In this document: piece after piece, positions 1 to 12,800 of the stretch
Layout: the number at the start of each line of letters is the position of its first letter
How positions within the stretch are numbered: position 1 is the first letter of the stretch
NCBI GenBank assembly: GCA_040285855.1
Contig: JAUFOQ010000003.1
Span: 1,984,001 to 2,048,000, forward strand
Direction: 5' to 3'
DNA: 64,000 bases
From: Eukaryota sp. GEM-RC1
Lineage: Eukaryota
Program-made: the position numbers and the translations under genes
The notes under the pieces: generated by a model
What the model was told of the DNA's origin: nothing
The model's database searches: none
Seen by the model: the letters and a program-made list of their open reading frames with translations, nothing else

Positions 1-1018
1 AAGGTTGAAGTTCGATGTTCTTGCATCTATTGATTTCAGCTGATGCTATACATGAATCAAAGACAACACCCACCTTGGAGCAGTTTTCAATGGTGATGTT
101 ACGGGCTTTACCTTCAACTTTAACTGTACAGTTTTTGCAATTAAAGATGGCAACGGTTTGGGAACCAGACACTTCATCAACAACGATGTTTCCTTCAGTG
201 AAGTTCTCAATTCTCCATCTACGTCTTTCCTTTTGTTTAATAGGGGCTTTAACACCTGGTGCGGTAGGCTTTGGTTTCTGAACTTCCTTGGGCTGGGGTT
301 TTGGTGCAGGTTTAGGAGCGGCTTGTACGGCAGGTGCTGGAGCTGCTTCAGCTGAAGCAAACTTGGGGGGAGCTGCTGGCTTGCTTCCCTTGGGGTTCCA
401 TTGGAGGCCTGTGAGATGATGTTCCCCGACGTAGGCAGATAATGCTTTGAAGCAGCTGTCAAGGGTTTTCCACCATTGGGCATCCTTCTCCTTCTCAGGA
501 TTCTTTCTTGCTTCCATGAGAAGTTTATTTCCATGGAACTGGGCTGAGGGCAATGAATCCTTGATAAAAGGAACTGGTGTAGGCTTGTAAGCCATCCAGA
601 GCAAGCAAGAAGCCCCTTCCTGGAGAGCCTTGATGTGAGTGTAGAGAGGATCGCTTCTTACAGGGTTGTCAAATCCAGATTGAACGAGATCACCGATTTC
701 TGCAAAATAGATACCGAGATCAGACTCTGGGGGTGCTTGGTGAGTAGATGCGTATTGTATTAAATTACGAACAGCGTCGAAAATAACCTTGAGATGATTA
801 GTGTTTTTAGCGAGATCAGGGCTGATCTGAGAAGCAATATTGCATGCATCCACGATCATGGGGGTGAGTTTTTCATCCCAGGCAGAGACTGCTGGGGCGA
901 GTTCACCTGATTCAGTAGCAGCCGATCCAGATGAAATAGGTTTTCCAGATGCGAGAGAGCTGTCGATAGATTTCAAGTAGTTTAGAACTTGGTCTAGTTG
1001 AGAAGTGATTCGGTCCAT
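1..1018 (-). CDS. CAP1: Adenylyl cyclase-associated protein (CAP/Srv2), 3' end runs off the window
   Basis: Not in the ORF track because there is no stop in the window. Manual translation from the ATG at 1018 gives MDRITSQLDQVLNYLKSIDSS...ALQEGASCLLWMAYKPTPVPFIKDSLPSAQFHGNKLL...HHLTGLQWNPKG (helical domain), a Pro-rich linker, then RWRIENF...AIFNCKNCTVKVEGKARNITIENCSKVGVVFDSCIASAEINRCK (CARP domain). Confidence 0.93.
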   Translation of the reverse strand, partial: MDRITSQLDQVLNYLKSIDSSLASGKPISSGSAATESGELAPAVSAWDEKLTPMIVDACNIASQISPDLAKNTNHLKVIFDAVRNLIQYASTHQAPPESDLGIYFAEIGDLVQSGFDNPVRSDPLYTHIKALQEGASCLLWMAYKPTPVPFIKDSLPSAQFHGNKLLMEARKNPEKEKDAQWWKTLDSCFKALSAYVGEHHLTGLQWNPKGSKPAAPPKFASAEAAPAPAVQAAPKPAPKPQPKEVQKPKPTAPGVKAPIKQKERRRWRIENFTEGNIVVDEVSGSQTVAIFNCKNCTVKVEGKARNITIENCSKVGVVFDSCIASAEINRCKNIELQP

Positions 1019-1098
1019 ATTGAGGGAAAAGTTGGTTGAAGGTATTGGTAGGAGCTTCTCTCTTGTCAGTCTCTGTTCTATCTGATGTGCCGTCGAGG

Positions 1099-2211
1099 AT
1101 GACATCCTCTTCTGGGTTTCTCCCCGACATTGTCTCCAAGCCTAAATCCAAACCTGTTGGAACTTCACTCACCATTTCCAATAGCAACAAGGCAAAAGCC
1201 AGAGTTCTTTTCCGATAAATGCTCCATTCCTCCTCTATTTCACTATCTTAGTTCAAATAAGAGCCCATCTCGCCTTTATCGTTCCTTAGATTTTTCCATG
1301 GCTTCAGATGAACATCTTGTCCTTGCAAAATCAGTTCTCCAGACCGTTCTCAGTCGCTTTCAAAATTACTCTCAATATCTTTCTGCTGTGTGTGGACCAT
1401 CGGCACTCACAGCATCTCAAGCCATGAACGTAATCCAGAACTACACATCCCCTTTAAAAATCAAACAGAAAGACCAACTCAAAATCCAATACAAGAGGAC
1501 CTTGTCTGTTCCCTTTGCCATCACTGGACACACCCTCTTCATCCGATTACCCTTCCCCAAACTGACCTCCAGCCACGTACTTGCCATGTGCGATCATGAG
1601 ATTGGAACACATTTCCTGAGGAGTCTCAATCAATCAAAACAGTCCCTCAAATCACGTTCTTTGAGAGACGAGTTGGGGTTGTCAGAAGTACTCGCGTTCG
1701 ATACTGAGGAAGGTCTAGCTACGTTGCATACAGTTATCAATAACCAAGTCAAAATCCTTTTCAAGCCTGCTCTCCATTACTATGCTTGTTGCATGGCAGA
1801 GAAGTTACCATTTGTAGACCTGTACCACCATTTAGCTAATTACATGGATAAAGTAGACGATTGTTGGGAAGAAACTGTCAGACTGAAAAGAGGAGTTCCA
1901 GCTCAAGCTTGTGGTGTATGGATCTCTTCTTAATCTCATCTTAGGTGTATGCCAAGGATCAAGTATACTTTAGAGGAGCAATTAAGGTATTGCGGCATCG
2001 ACGTGTGATTAATTGGAAGTTGTTGTATAGTTGTAGAGTGGCATTAGAGGATTTGTATAAGATTGAGCAGCATGTTGATTTGAACAAGGTTGTGTTGCCG
2101 GCGTTTCTCAAAGATGAGCAGAAATATCTCGATCGATTGGATGATGTTGTTGAACAGAATGGTTTATTTGAAAGTGTTGGATATGGAGATCTTCCACTGC
2201 CATATGGATAG
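1099..2211 (+). CDS. MATCAP/KIAA0895-like (DUF1704) metallocarboxypeptidase; one apparent +1 frameshift near 1199 and one intron
   Basis: HEIGTH zinc motif, TEEGLATLH, WEETVRLKRG, and after splicing GVYAKDQVYFRGA. The ATG at 1099 joins the main frame if one base near AAAGCCAGAG is removed. Confidence 0.8.
1916..1944 (+). other. 29-nt spliceosomal intron
   Basis: GTATGGATCTCTTCTTAATCTCATCTTAG; removal restores ACG-VYAKDQVY, matching the family GxxxKDQVY motif. Confidence 0.85.
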
Positions 2212-2641
2212 CATTGTAAACGTCATTGGCTTAATCAACAGATACACAGTCGTCGCACATTAAGTGTCCACAGGCTGGACATAGACTATTGTGAGTCTCC
2301 CACTCTGTTTGATCAAAATCTTGACCACATTGACAGCATATAATTTTAGGCATTGTTTGTTGTTGTTTTTAGGGGATGTTCTTTGTGTGTCGAAATTTTT
2401 GAGAGATGTCTTTAAGGATATCTGTAAAAATTTAAATGCCTACCAGCTAAAAAACGATTACCAAAATAAATGTATAATATTGTACACATTTCACTGAAAA
2501 GTTTTCAGTCTTTCATTGAGGAACAATTTGTAATCTTTTACCGGGTGGTGATGAAGTCGTTTGGATTTAATCTTAGTAGTATTTTCTTGTTTTTGCAATT
2601 TCATAGTTTTGTAGGAAGGTTTTACCTTATTGGGTGCCACA

Positions 2642-3518
2642 CAGGGATCAAAAAAAATATACTGCAATATATTTCTAGCAAAAAACTGTACAATAAATAT
2701 ATTGCAAAATGTGATCATTGCAATAAATATATTGGAAACTGAGATGATTGCAATAAATAATTGCAATATATTGCAATATTTTGGGTCAAATTTGGTTCGT
2801 GAAAATGTCAGAACTTGAGACGTCCTGCTGAAATTTACTGACAGAAAATCAACCACTAGTTCGTCAGAGCTTTTAGTCGGTTACCCTTTCAGATACATAC
2901 ATAAGAACATTAATTATACTTCTTAACGTACTGTAAATCTTGACACCGCTTCTGATCATAATGTACGCTCAGACTTCACAACCCATCTTTCTACTTTGCT
3001 CTTCTGTTGGTATCAATACTTATATACTTCAATGGTTGCTATGATGTGATGTATGAGTGTTGCAACTTTTTAGCGAATCGTCACGTACGTATACCACGTT
3101 CATTACAGTACTACATGATAAGACCTCACGCTTCCTGGTACAGACTCTGGGCAGGGATCGAAAAAATAAATTGTATTGCTGGGTGCCACTATGATTGGAA
3201 CGTGTCTTTATTGATACGTAAATAAACACCTGTACCAGTTTCCACAAATCTCATTGCTTGAAGTATGTGTTGAGTGATGACAATAGAGATGTAGAAACCA
3301 ACTGTAGGTCCCCTTTTAACTTTTTTGGACTTGGAGTGGATATACAGTGAAAGAAAGTGTTCCTATGAAGAAGACTTGTTAGAGTTAATCTGCATAAATC
3401 TCGTTGTGACATATTGCAATATATTGGAAATATATTGCGCATCAAAAGACGTGCAATATTTATTGCAATATAATTTATTTCAATATATTGCAATACAATT
3501 TATTTTTTCCGACCCCTG
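2642..3518. mobile_element. Non-autonomous hAT-type element (MITE) with TATTGCAATA subterminal repeats
   Basis: Termini CAGGGATCAAAAAAA...TTTTTTCCGACCCCTG. 8-bp flanks GTGCCACA (2634-2641) and GTACCACA (3519-3526). Arrays of ATATTGCAATA at both ends, and an extra internal terminus copy near 3152. Confidence 0.8.
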
Positions 3519-3599
3519 GTACCACATAAAGTTTGATTATCCTTGAGGAACATAAACGAATAAAGAAATATAAACAAATTTATTAGTCTAACTGCAGAA

Positions 3600-4974
3600 C
3601 TAAAGAAGATTAGGAATTTCTTCTTCATCTTCAATGTCCAATTTTTTAGACTTGGGTGGAATCTTCATTCTAAACAAGACAACTATCGCCAACAACAGAA
3701 ACAATACAGAAACAGCCCAAATAATAACATATCCTTGACGAGTGTACTGTTGAGGCAAATCTTTGGAAATAGGAACTCCGTCAGAGAAGAAATTCAACAC
3801 GTTACCCAAAATAACAGATCCTAAACTAATACCAATCATCATTAACAAGGAAAGGACAGAAAGGTAAGAACCGGATTGTGTTTGAGAAGGCAAAATACCA
3901 CAAGCCTGAGAATTCTCAGCAGTTCCATAGATAATTTGACCTGAGCTGAAAAAACAACCGACTACAATCATATGCCAAAACTCATAAGCAAACATCATCA
4001 TCACGATAGCAATCCCAAGACTCATAATTCCAATACCCATGATAAGCACCTTGGAGTATTTGTCACAAAACTTACCAATAGGAATAGAAATGAATATTCC
4101 AAAACCAAGCATGATAAGAGCAAGAACAGCCATGGAAGTTGGGGGATCTTCAACTCCAATCATGTCACGTAGGAAGAACTGAATATAGCTCTGACAACCT
4201 AAAGCGATGTAGAAGAGAAAGCGTGTTATGCAAATTTTGATGAAATTGGAGTGCTTCTTGGGATCGAACTTGAGATTACCAAGAATGGATGCAATGCTGA
4301 GTTTCTGGTCAGGTGTTCTCTTGTACTGTTGTTCCTTGGCGTTGATCAACGTTGCTGTATTGGTGACGACGACAAGTGCAATGTAGATGAAGAAAACCTT
4401 GGTGAGGGTAAGATCAAAGACGAAGAGAGCAAAGCCCATGGCAGATCCAAGTACCAAATACAGGTTAACCACACCACTACCCATACCTCTTTGATGTTCA
4501 GGTATGAGATCCACCAGAAAAGCTATAGTAATCGGAGTAGCAATGGAGAGTCCAGCAGTAGCAATGTAGTATCCGGCAAGAATGAAGATACGGTTTGCCA
4601 GAAGAGATGCGTCATCGAGGAATTCAACAGTAAGGAAAGACACCATACCCAAACAGACCAGAAGAGCAGCACCAAATAGAAAGGGACGTCTACGACCTAT
4701 TGTGAGAACAAAATATGACCAAACCTGTACGGAACTCCACTCGATCTGACAAAAGAGCACAAGTAACACCAATCATTTGCACGACGGAACCGATACCAGT
4801 GATGAATCCTAAAGCTCTGGAGCTTCCCTCAAAGTAGTTATCAACGAAGACAGGCACCAAAATGGCATTTACAGAATTGAAGATAGAACTTTGAGCCAGG
4901 AGACAAGCAAAGATGCCGAAAATCCTTTTGGAGGACTTTTCCGGCAAGGGTTTCAAATCAGACGATGGATTCAT
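3600..4974 (-). CDS. MFS transporter, SLC45/sucrose-maltose (GPH)-like, one intron
   Basis: About 12 hydrophobic segments. Splicing restores SDRVEFRTGRRRPF; also DLIPEHQRGMGSG and GKFCDKYSK motifs. Likely start is MNPSSD at 4974. Confidence 0.88.
4697..4724 (-). other. 28-nt spliceosomal intron
   Basis: GTTTGGTCATATTTTGTTCTCACAATAG on the minus strand; removal joins ORFs 4690..5028 and 3600..4772 through the GRRRPF motif. Confidence 0.88.
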
Positions 4975-5786
4975 TGTTGACTCAGCAAGGGGCAAATTCA
5001 ACAGGAATCGACTACATTCACCGCACACAACTCTCTCTCCTCATGTCTTTTTGTCCTCCCCGTTTTCCTAATATAATCGCATCTACTGAGGTCTCTAATG
5101 AGAATGTTGCTGTTTGTGATGGCTCTCCTTCCAAAATTAGATCATCAGATGATCACTTCTATTCTTGATTATTGCAGTTATGTTGAACTCAATGACCCAT
5201 TTCTTGCCACCCATTTGTTGTATCTGACCACAATGCTGAAGCAATCAATGATACTACTGCTCCTGCTGAGAATTCCGCTATGTACCATCCACAATGTAAT
5301 GCCGTTCTAGATTATGTTGCATTTCCTGATACTGCTGAATCTTGGACATAATGTACTGATGATATGTGCGAATTAAATGAGAAATTATATATGGGTGTTT
5401 TGGAAGTATTTATGGAACGCACCAGAAAGTAAAAGGATAAACTAGATTATGTTACATGGACTGACTATATTGGTTTACGTCACACCATGGAACGCAAATG
5501 TTCCGTACCGGAGCTATTTTCGGCGTACCGTACCGTACGTCCGTACGTACGGTACGTGTACCGGTACTGTACTTTTGACCGACTAAAATACATTATTACT
5601 ATTTTGAACATGATGATCCATAAAATCAACAACAATATCATCTTCAACTTATAATGCAATAAACGAGTGAGTACTACGAAATATACCATAACAAAGAGGC
5701 CAAAAACCCAAAAATTGTATCTCTGAGCTATTAGAATGCACAGAAGCCAATTGCAATAGTACTATGTTTGACGATGGAATAAACTT

Positions 5787-6242
5787 CAGGCTTCACTAAA
5801 GTAGTCCAAAATTCAAAAGTAAAGTAAAGTAAAGTACTTTACTTTACTTTAAGCTTTACTTTACTTTGATAAATAAAGTTACTTTAAGGACATTAAAGTG
5901 GGATCCAATCTCAATTCCTCTCCTATACATTCTCTCCTGAAAATTGAAAATAAATTTCCATGACATTCCTTCCTTCCGAACAGCTCCTTCAAATCAGTTC
6001 TTCGACTGGCAACCAGCAGACGCTCACCCATTGCCCGCTTTCCATTTTTACATTCCAGTTTTTGGTGAGTTTCTACAATAAAACATGTATAATAGTGTAC
6101 TTTTGGTGTCAAAGAGTTATTTACTGTGCTCAGAAAGCAAAATAAACAAGATTGAGGTTTGTCACTTTACCGTTGCGAAATTTTAAAGTAAAGTAAAGTA
6201 AAGTAAAGTCACTTTATCACTTTACTACTTTAGTGAAGCCTG
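5787..6242. mobile_element. hAT-type MITE with (AAAGT)n subterminal repeats, nested
   Basis: Perfect 18-bp TIR CAGGCTTCACTAAAGTAG; perfect 8-bp TSD ATAAACTT at 5779-5786 and 6243-6250. Confidence 0.92.
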
Positions 6243-6275
6243 ATAAACTTCCACTCCAAAATTTGTATTTGTAAA

Positions 6276-7060
6276 GAAAATGTCTAAATCCACAACTTAT
6301 TACACAACTTCACTTATTACACAGAACTCAAACACGACAATTCATTGTAGTGCGACAATCCAGATTCTCATCACTTTAATTTCAAGGTTCTTCAATCAGT
6401 ATGCTTGATTGCTATGATTGATGACAACATATTTGTGGAACTTTGCATCACCAATGTTTTCGTCAGCCTACGTGGTTTTATTGTCTTGCCTATAAAAACA
6501 TCACATACATCTCTGTTTCTGTCAACTCATGCTTTGAGGAGGTTTTGAACCTCCAAAACAGGTAACAGTTCTTATAATTTGGCAATACTGCCTGACTAAT
6601 GAGAGCACATCTACGATTGTTTACACCAAGTGCTTCTCCTTTGTTCTTATTCGAAGACAAACGACTGAAGGATCTGTGTGATCCGAATTGACACTCTCTT
6701 TGAATCACATTGCCAGGAGGAACTTGAGGAACTTAGGAAACACACATGATCAGGACAATCAACCAGGGAAAATGTGCAGCCTTCTGTGTTTCAGTAAGTG
6801 ATCTTACAACATGAGACAACTCCGCCAAAAAACTTCCTTGTGCTACTTCTGCAACTGCTTACTCAGTAGAGATTGAGAGTGTGAAGAAGTTCCTCTTTAG
6901 AAATAAGGAATACGGAAGAGTGTTTAGTTATTCAAATATGGTGTTGGGGGTAAGACATTATGAGGTAAAAATCTGGATTGTCGCACTACAATGAATTGTC
7001 GTGTTTGAGTTCTGTGTAATAAGTGAAGTTGTGTAATAAGTTGTGGATTTAGACATTCTC
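6276..7060. mobile_element. Long-TIR (MULE/foldback-like) element, nested
   Basis: About 90-bp near-perfect inverted repeat (6276-6366 vs 6970-7060, GAAAATGTCTAAATCCACAAC...GACAATCCAGATT); flanking direct repeat TTTGTAAA at 6268-6275 and 7061-7068. Confidence 0.85.
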
Positions 7061-7906
7061 TTTGTAAATCATTATAGGTCATTCATAAATAGGCTTCAAA
7101 TAAAAACAAATCACATCGGTACGGATAAACAAAATCGGTATGTACCGATCCGTACCGTACGGTACGTACCACAGATTTGCGTACATTGCGTCACACACAA
7201 AATAAGAAAAACAATTGTCCCTTCTATTTGATTTACAGATTTAGAAGACAGAATTACACTCTTCAGCACAATCATGAGCTAATAGAAGAATAAGCTGCTA
7301 TGGCTTCATTTTGTGCAAAACAGGAGGATAGTGAACTAGCATCCCATAAGAAGAAGAGACTGAGACACTGATTATCGAAATGATGTAAACAGTTAATGGA
7401 GAAGACGAAGAGCACAAAAGAAAGTTTCTTTAACATGCAAAGCGTTACGAGGAAGAACAAAAGGCGTGATTAAAGGAACCAGAGTCTATCGCTTCTTCAA
7501 AGCGTAAGAGGGGATAGAAGGAGGGGATAGCATTTCTTTAGTTAATAAACCAATATGTGGTTGAAAAAAATGTGAATATCAACAAACTGACAATGTGACT
7601 TATGAAACAATATCACTGTCGCCTATTTTGGAGTATGATCGTGTTGCTATTGCAAAAAAACAGAATAGACCTAACTATTGGAATTCATTCAATGTATATT
7701 AGATTGAATTGGGTCTGATACTTCATCAAGTATTGAAGTGAAAACAATAAGAAACTGTCATGGTATAGATGTGATTAGTAGGGAAAATATACTGATGAAC
7801 TTTTGTAATCAATTTTTAAATATTTCAATCAAAGGAAAACAGTTGCTAAAAGTACATAATGTTATAATACATGAATACATTTTGAAAAAAGAGATCAATA
7901 ATCTAA

Positions 7907-10540
7907 CTACTTCTTCTTCTTTCCTTTCTTTGCACCATCTTTCTTCTTACCCTCCTCTTCATTTTCATCTTCAACCTTAGGAGGAGCAAAAGAGGCATAG
8001 CTCGGTATCTTCTGAAGAAACGCTCTGAAGGCAGCATATTCTTCACCAGCCAGAGGATTAAATTCAACAAGAACTTCAATGATTTCATGAGGGTTCAATG
8101 GCATTGTTGACGTGATCTTTTTGAGCCTTGTGGGGGACAGAACAGTTGTGGCTGCCGATATGATTGCATGAGACGAGAAACCTTCCGTAACGTGAGCAAG
8201 GGACGAAACTGACTCGCTTGAAATCACTTTTAAATAATTTTGACTAGCGAGCTGTTCAATTGTAGCAACTAAAATATTACGACGAGTGTCATAGTCAGGC
8301 ATTGAAATAAAGTAGAAATTCGAAAAAACGTATTCATTGACTTGAAATCACCTTCAGAAGGATCATCAGAAACTCCAATAAACACCAGCGGAAGTCCAGA
8401 GAAGTCAGCTTTACCAGACTTCCCTAGTAACTCCTTCTTAAACTTGGTAAAATGATCAGCCAACGTATCTTTCTTCCCTCCCTTCTTTTTCTTTTCGAAC
8501 TAGCAAACATTCGATGTGCTTCTGGTACCATGATAATAGTTGGTCCCATTGTTTTAGGAATAGATAATACAATCTTTACTAGTTCTGCCATTTTTCCAGA
8601 CGCATGATGAGCCAGCAGTTCAGGTGAAAGATCTATTAGAATTGCTCCTAATTCATAAGCCAAGCTTTTAACCAGAAACTTCTTCCCACATCCAGAAGGT
8701 CCAAAAATCAAAATAGATTGACCTAGTACTTTCTCCTGTCTAATGTTTTCAAATCCCAAAGCAAGAGAAACTTGTGAAGTGAGGAGGGCAACTGTAGATC
8801 CAAAACAAGGATCTAGAAGAGGACTTCCTGTTTTAGCAATTATTCCAGAAATTCTAGAATAAGATGTGATTAATTGTTCAAGGTGGAGAGGTTCTTCAGG
8901 TTTGACATGTCCAAATCTAACTAAACGAGCAAAGTTTTCCAGTGGTGATTCTCCTTCTTTAGGTCCCTTGTCTTTGGACTTTTTGCTGTCTTTCTTGCTA
9001 CCTTTTTTGCCTTTCTTTCCTCCTTTTTTGCCTTTTTTACCCTTCTTCCCTCCTTTCTTAGCTTTTCCTTTCTTAGCAGCAGATGCAGATCTCAACTTCA
9101 CAGCGGCCTGGAGATCTTCAAGCTCCTGTTCCAAAACCTTCATCATGTTATCACGAACCTCAGCTTCCCAAACAGGCCTTTCATCTTCCAAAATCAAATC
9201 TCGATAATAAGTGGAATTCTCTGTAACAGAAAGATCTTGAATTTTAGTAGTTGGATCCCTAGCTGTTTGACTACGAGCCTCCCAAAGATTAAAGTACTCC
9301 TCTAGAGAAGTAACAAGATCATAAGCAAAGGAGGAAGATGAATTAGGAGGAGGTGCTTCACTATCATCTCCCTTATCCTTCTTCCCTTTCTTACCTCCCT
9401 TTGCTGCTTTCTTCCCTTTCTTACCAGCCTTTGCTCCTTTTTTTCCTTTCTTCTCTGTCTTCTCTTGTCCATCCTCTTCTTTCTTCTCACCAACCTCTTC
9501 TTCTTTAGGGTCAATAACATCTTTAAATCCATCAATTGCATCAGGAAGTCCTCCCGTCTTTTCTTCAATCATAGCCACCCATTCAGAAAACTGCTCGTGA
9601 AGCTTATCTTCTATAAACTCTTGTTCACGTCCAGATCTCAAGTTTTTTCTTCTCTTTTCAATTCCTTCCAAGTACAACTTCTCATGCTGACGTTGCACTT
9701 CCTTTGTCTTTAACCTATGCCGTAGTTGAGCTTGGTTATACTTAGAAATAGCATTATCATGAGGAAGTTCGTTAAGATTAGGAATCATTGAATAAAGCTG
9801 TAATTCTTCTAAATAACGTTGTTTTTCTTTCTTTCTCTGGGACCAACTCCTAAAGACTCTCTGTATCAAACTAGCAGCACGTTCTTCTGTCCCTTCAGCT
9901 AATCCATTCTCAGCAAGCCAAGCTAAATAAACATATCGACTACGTAGCTTTCCTTGACGAGCTCTTTCTGCACGCTGGATAAGGCGGATGGCTTGGTCCT
10001 CAGTCATAGTTTGGGAAGAAGTGGGAGTGGAAGAGGAAGTTGGGGTCGGAGCGAGAACCAGGGATTCCGAAAGTTGGAACTTTGAAATGAGGTCCATGCA
10101 GAGCTTGTTGTTTCCTTCTACAACATCTCTGCGATCATGTCTTATGAATTTAGGAACGGGGAAGTGAATATAGGAAGGAGTTTTGGAAAGATCTACAAGG
10201 ATATCGTCAAAGATAGGAACTTCTGTTCGAGAAAGTTTGATAAGTTGGGAACGGAGTTCTGCATAGCGACCAGCAATGGATTTAAGAAGACGAAAAACAG
10301 ATTGTCGTTTTTGGGGTTGAATCATACTGAGATTAATGGGGGGAAGATACATACACATCAAAAATGTGACTGATGCGAAGGAAGAGTTCATGATAGCGTA
10401 AGAAGCGGTGTTGTAGAGAATATATGGTTTCTTCATTGTCAACAAGAGCAGGAGCATTGGGAGTTATATCATCTTCTTGAAGTAGGTCAGCAGTATCGGC
10501 TGCAGCCTTTCTCCACTCATCATCAACAAAGGTAGTCATG
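7907..10540 (-). CDS. IQCA1: IQ and AAA domain protein (IQCA1/DRC11, dynein regulatory complex); one intron, two apparent -1 frameshifts near 8493 and 8325
   Basis: FDVMIQPQKR after splicing, IQ motifs IQRAERARQGK and IQRVFRSW, Lys/Gly-rich tracts, Walker A GPSGCGK, and C-terminal PDYDTRRNIL...TEGFSSHAII. Confidence 0.88.
10327..10354 (-). other. 28-nt spliceosomal intron
   Basis: GTATGTATCTTCCCCCCATTAATCTCAG on the minus strand; removal joins ...ISHIFDV to MIQPQKR in frame. Confidence 0.88.
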
Positions 10541-12584
10541 ATGGTGAGATGGTGGTAGATTTTTGTAAGACAACTGTGAGTTGGTTTTTGGGTGCTTAAC
10601 CTAAATTTCCACCCAACCAACCAATTCTCTCCAACCAACCATTTCCATTTTCTGGTCAATCCCATATTTCTTCGTGGCTTCTTGTCATGCTCCGCCTTTC
10701 CACAACTACGAACAGCTTGTGACAGGCTGCTTTACGCTCTTCACAATGAATGGCGATTTATACCTTGGGTCCTTTTGCACTCACTTCCCTAACTGTCTCT
10801 TGCGATGGACTAAGATCAAGTAAGCTGTGGTACCTCTTGGATTGTCTCTGTTTTTTAAACTGTAGAATGTTCATTCCTTATCGTTGTGAAGAGACTGGTT
10901 TATGGATGTTGATGTGCCATAGTCGCTATTTCATAGCATCATCGTTTGTAGTCCTAGGGTGTTTGTACGTGAAACATAGACCTTATTTAACAAGCAGGAT
11001 AAGTTCTTTATCCACATCAACTATCCGCTGTTCATTGTTAGTTGTATAGAGAAAAAGAACAAGAATAAAAGCCCAGCCTGGATAGCGGTCCTCAAATACT
11101 GAATGTCTCGTTTCGTCACAATTAGAGACCATTTGATCGATCTACTTAACAGTGGTCCTTTTGGGACTGATGGAATGAAAGGATCTCTTGTGATCAGGGG
11201 AGGTTGTGGAATACATCGCACAAATACATTCCATAAGGTTTGGGTCCTTCTGGGGAGTCATCAATGGTGTTACCCTCTACTGTTTTGATCTGAATCCATG
11301 GATGGAGTGATTAGTGTATCAGCAAGAGAAGTGTTTAGTGTTTGGAACTGAAGCACAGATTGCCTGCAGAGAGAAGACGCATGTTGTAGGAGACATCAAC
11401 TGTTTGGTTGGTAAATAGGTGGAAAGTGGGAGTTAAGAATCTCCCGTGAAATTCACAGAATGTAAATTTCTGAAGAATCTACAATGTAGATCTTAAAGAA
11501 TGAATCAACACATATCTCGCTACATAACTAGAACGTGATACTACACTACATGTACAATGTAGAACGGATCTTGAGGATTGACACACTTTGATTTGGATTT
11601 GATTAGACCAAACTATTTTGTTTTATATGGGAAATTTGGTTCTTATACCAAGGGTTTTTTGAATATTTTTGAAAGATTGTGACTAGGTTTTGGGAAGAAA
11701 TTTAACGGATCGTTTTGGCGTAATAGACTTGAGTTCTCGTTATTCAGGTCGATGTACCGCTATTTTGGCCAAGCAATGTGGGAATATCTATTCAGTAGAT
11801 TTGGGGAGCCATTGTAGTACTTTTATTTAGTTTGTGTTTTTGCTAATGTTTTAGATAGGGTTTTTTGACCATAAAGCTCCTTTTTTTGTTTTACTTGTAA
11901 TCATAAGCAGGTTGTAGCATGCTTCCACGTGTTAACACGGGGCTTGTAAATGTCGCTGGAAAAAGGTATTGGTTTGGAAAAGAATTCATCGAAATCAAGT
12001 CCATAGTCACAAATATTGTACGACAGATTTAGTTATATTAGAACATCGGTTTTTTTCCCGTTGTATGCTGTCAAACTTCAAAACGGGGTTTTGAAGGCAT
12101 TTGAATGCTTGGATTTCTAAAATCGTTTTAGTTTTACTAAAAATAATAATCCCGTTTTTGCTGCTTTCTTAAATGATATTAACACCTCATCTTTGTTTGA
12201 TCACACAACAACCACGTCGTTTTGGTTTGTATTTGTCTGATGAAGTTTGGACACTATTCATGTGATTACCTTTATTTTTGTTTCCTGCTGAATTGCTCGA
12301 CAAATTTTAAATCTTTCTAAATGTTGTTGATCCACAGTATCATCTCCACCTTTTATGAAGCTGCACAATTTATAGATGTATATGTCTTATATATTTCTGT
12401 AACCAATATTGTATTGCATTGATACAATACAGACTAGTAGTTCCATGATTTTCATTACAATTCATTTATGGGTAACTACAAAATCCACCAAGGTGCAATA
12501 AGTTTAACCAAAATCCACCCAATTTAGTTTCCACCTTTTTGATTCAAATACCACCTTCTTCTAGTGTTCTTCTTCTTAATGACC

Positions 12585-12800
12585 ATGGGTTTGAATCTTA
12601 GTAAACTCAAGTCTAATGATGTTATTTCCATCGAAGTGAATCAAACTTATGAATCACGTTCACAAATGCTTCAAACCCTTCATCAATACGCCATCCAAGA
12701 AAACAAAGAGTTTGTTCTGGCTAACAACAACAACAAAATTCGCTTTAAAATTGGATGTTTGGATCCTAACTGTGGTTTCTTACTGAAAGTCAGACTTGTT
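12585..12800 (+). pseudogene. MuDR/Mutator transposase N-terminal (DBD_Tnp_Mut-like) remnant
   Basis: IEVNQTYESRSQMLQTLHQYAIQENKEFV...RFKIGCLDPNCGFLLKV resembles the MuDR DNA-binding domain; the downstream sequence is broken by stops. Confidence 0.65.

Larger units (their letters stand above)
5486..7188. mobile_element. hAT-type non-autonomous element with CGTAC/GTACG subterminal repeats, host of two nested insertions
   Basis: TIR CATGGAACGCAAAT / ATTTGCGTACATTG; perfect 8-bp TSD CGTCACAC at 5478-5485 and 7189-7196; CCGTACCGTACG arrays at both ends. Confidence 0.88.

Noticed and set aside
46..534. 162-aa minus-strand ORF in the track
   Set aside because: It is an alternative frame of CAP/Srv2, whose real frame has no stop in the window.
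10750..11290. Small plus-strand ORFs divergent from IQCA1
   Set aside because: Multiple stops and no recognisable motif; possibly a decayed gene but not supportable.
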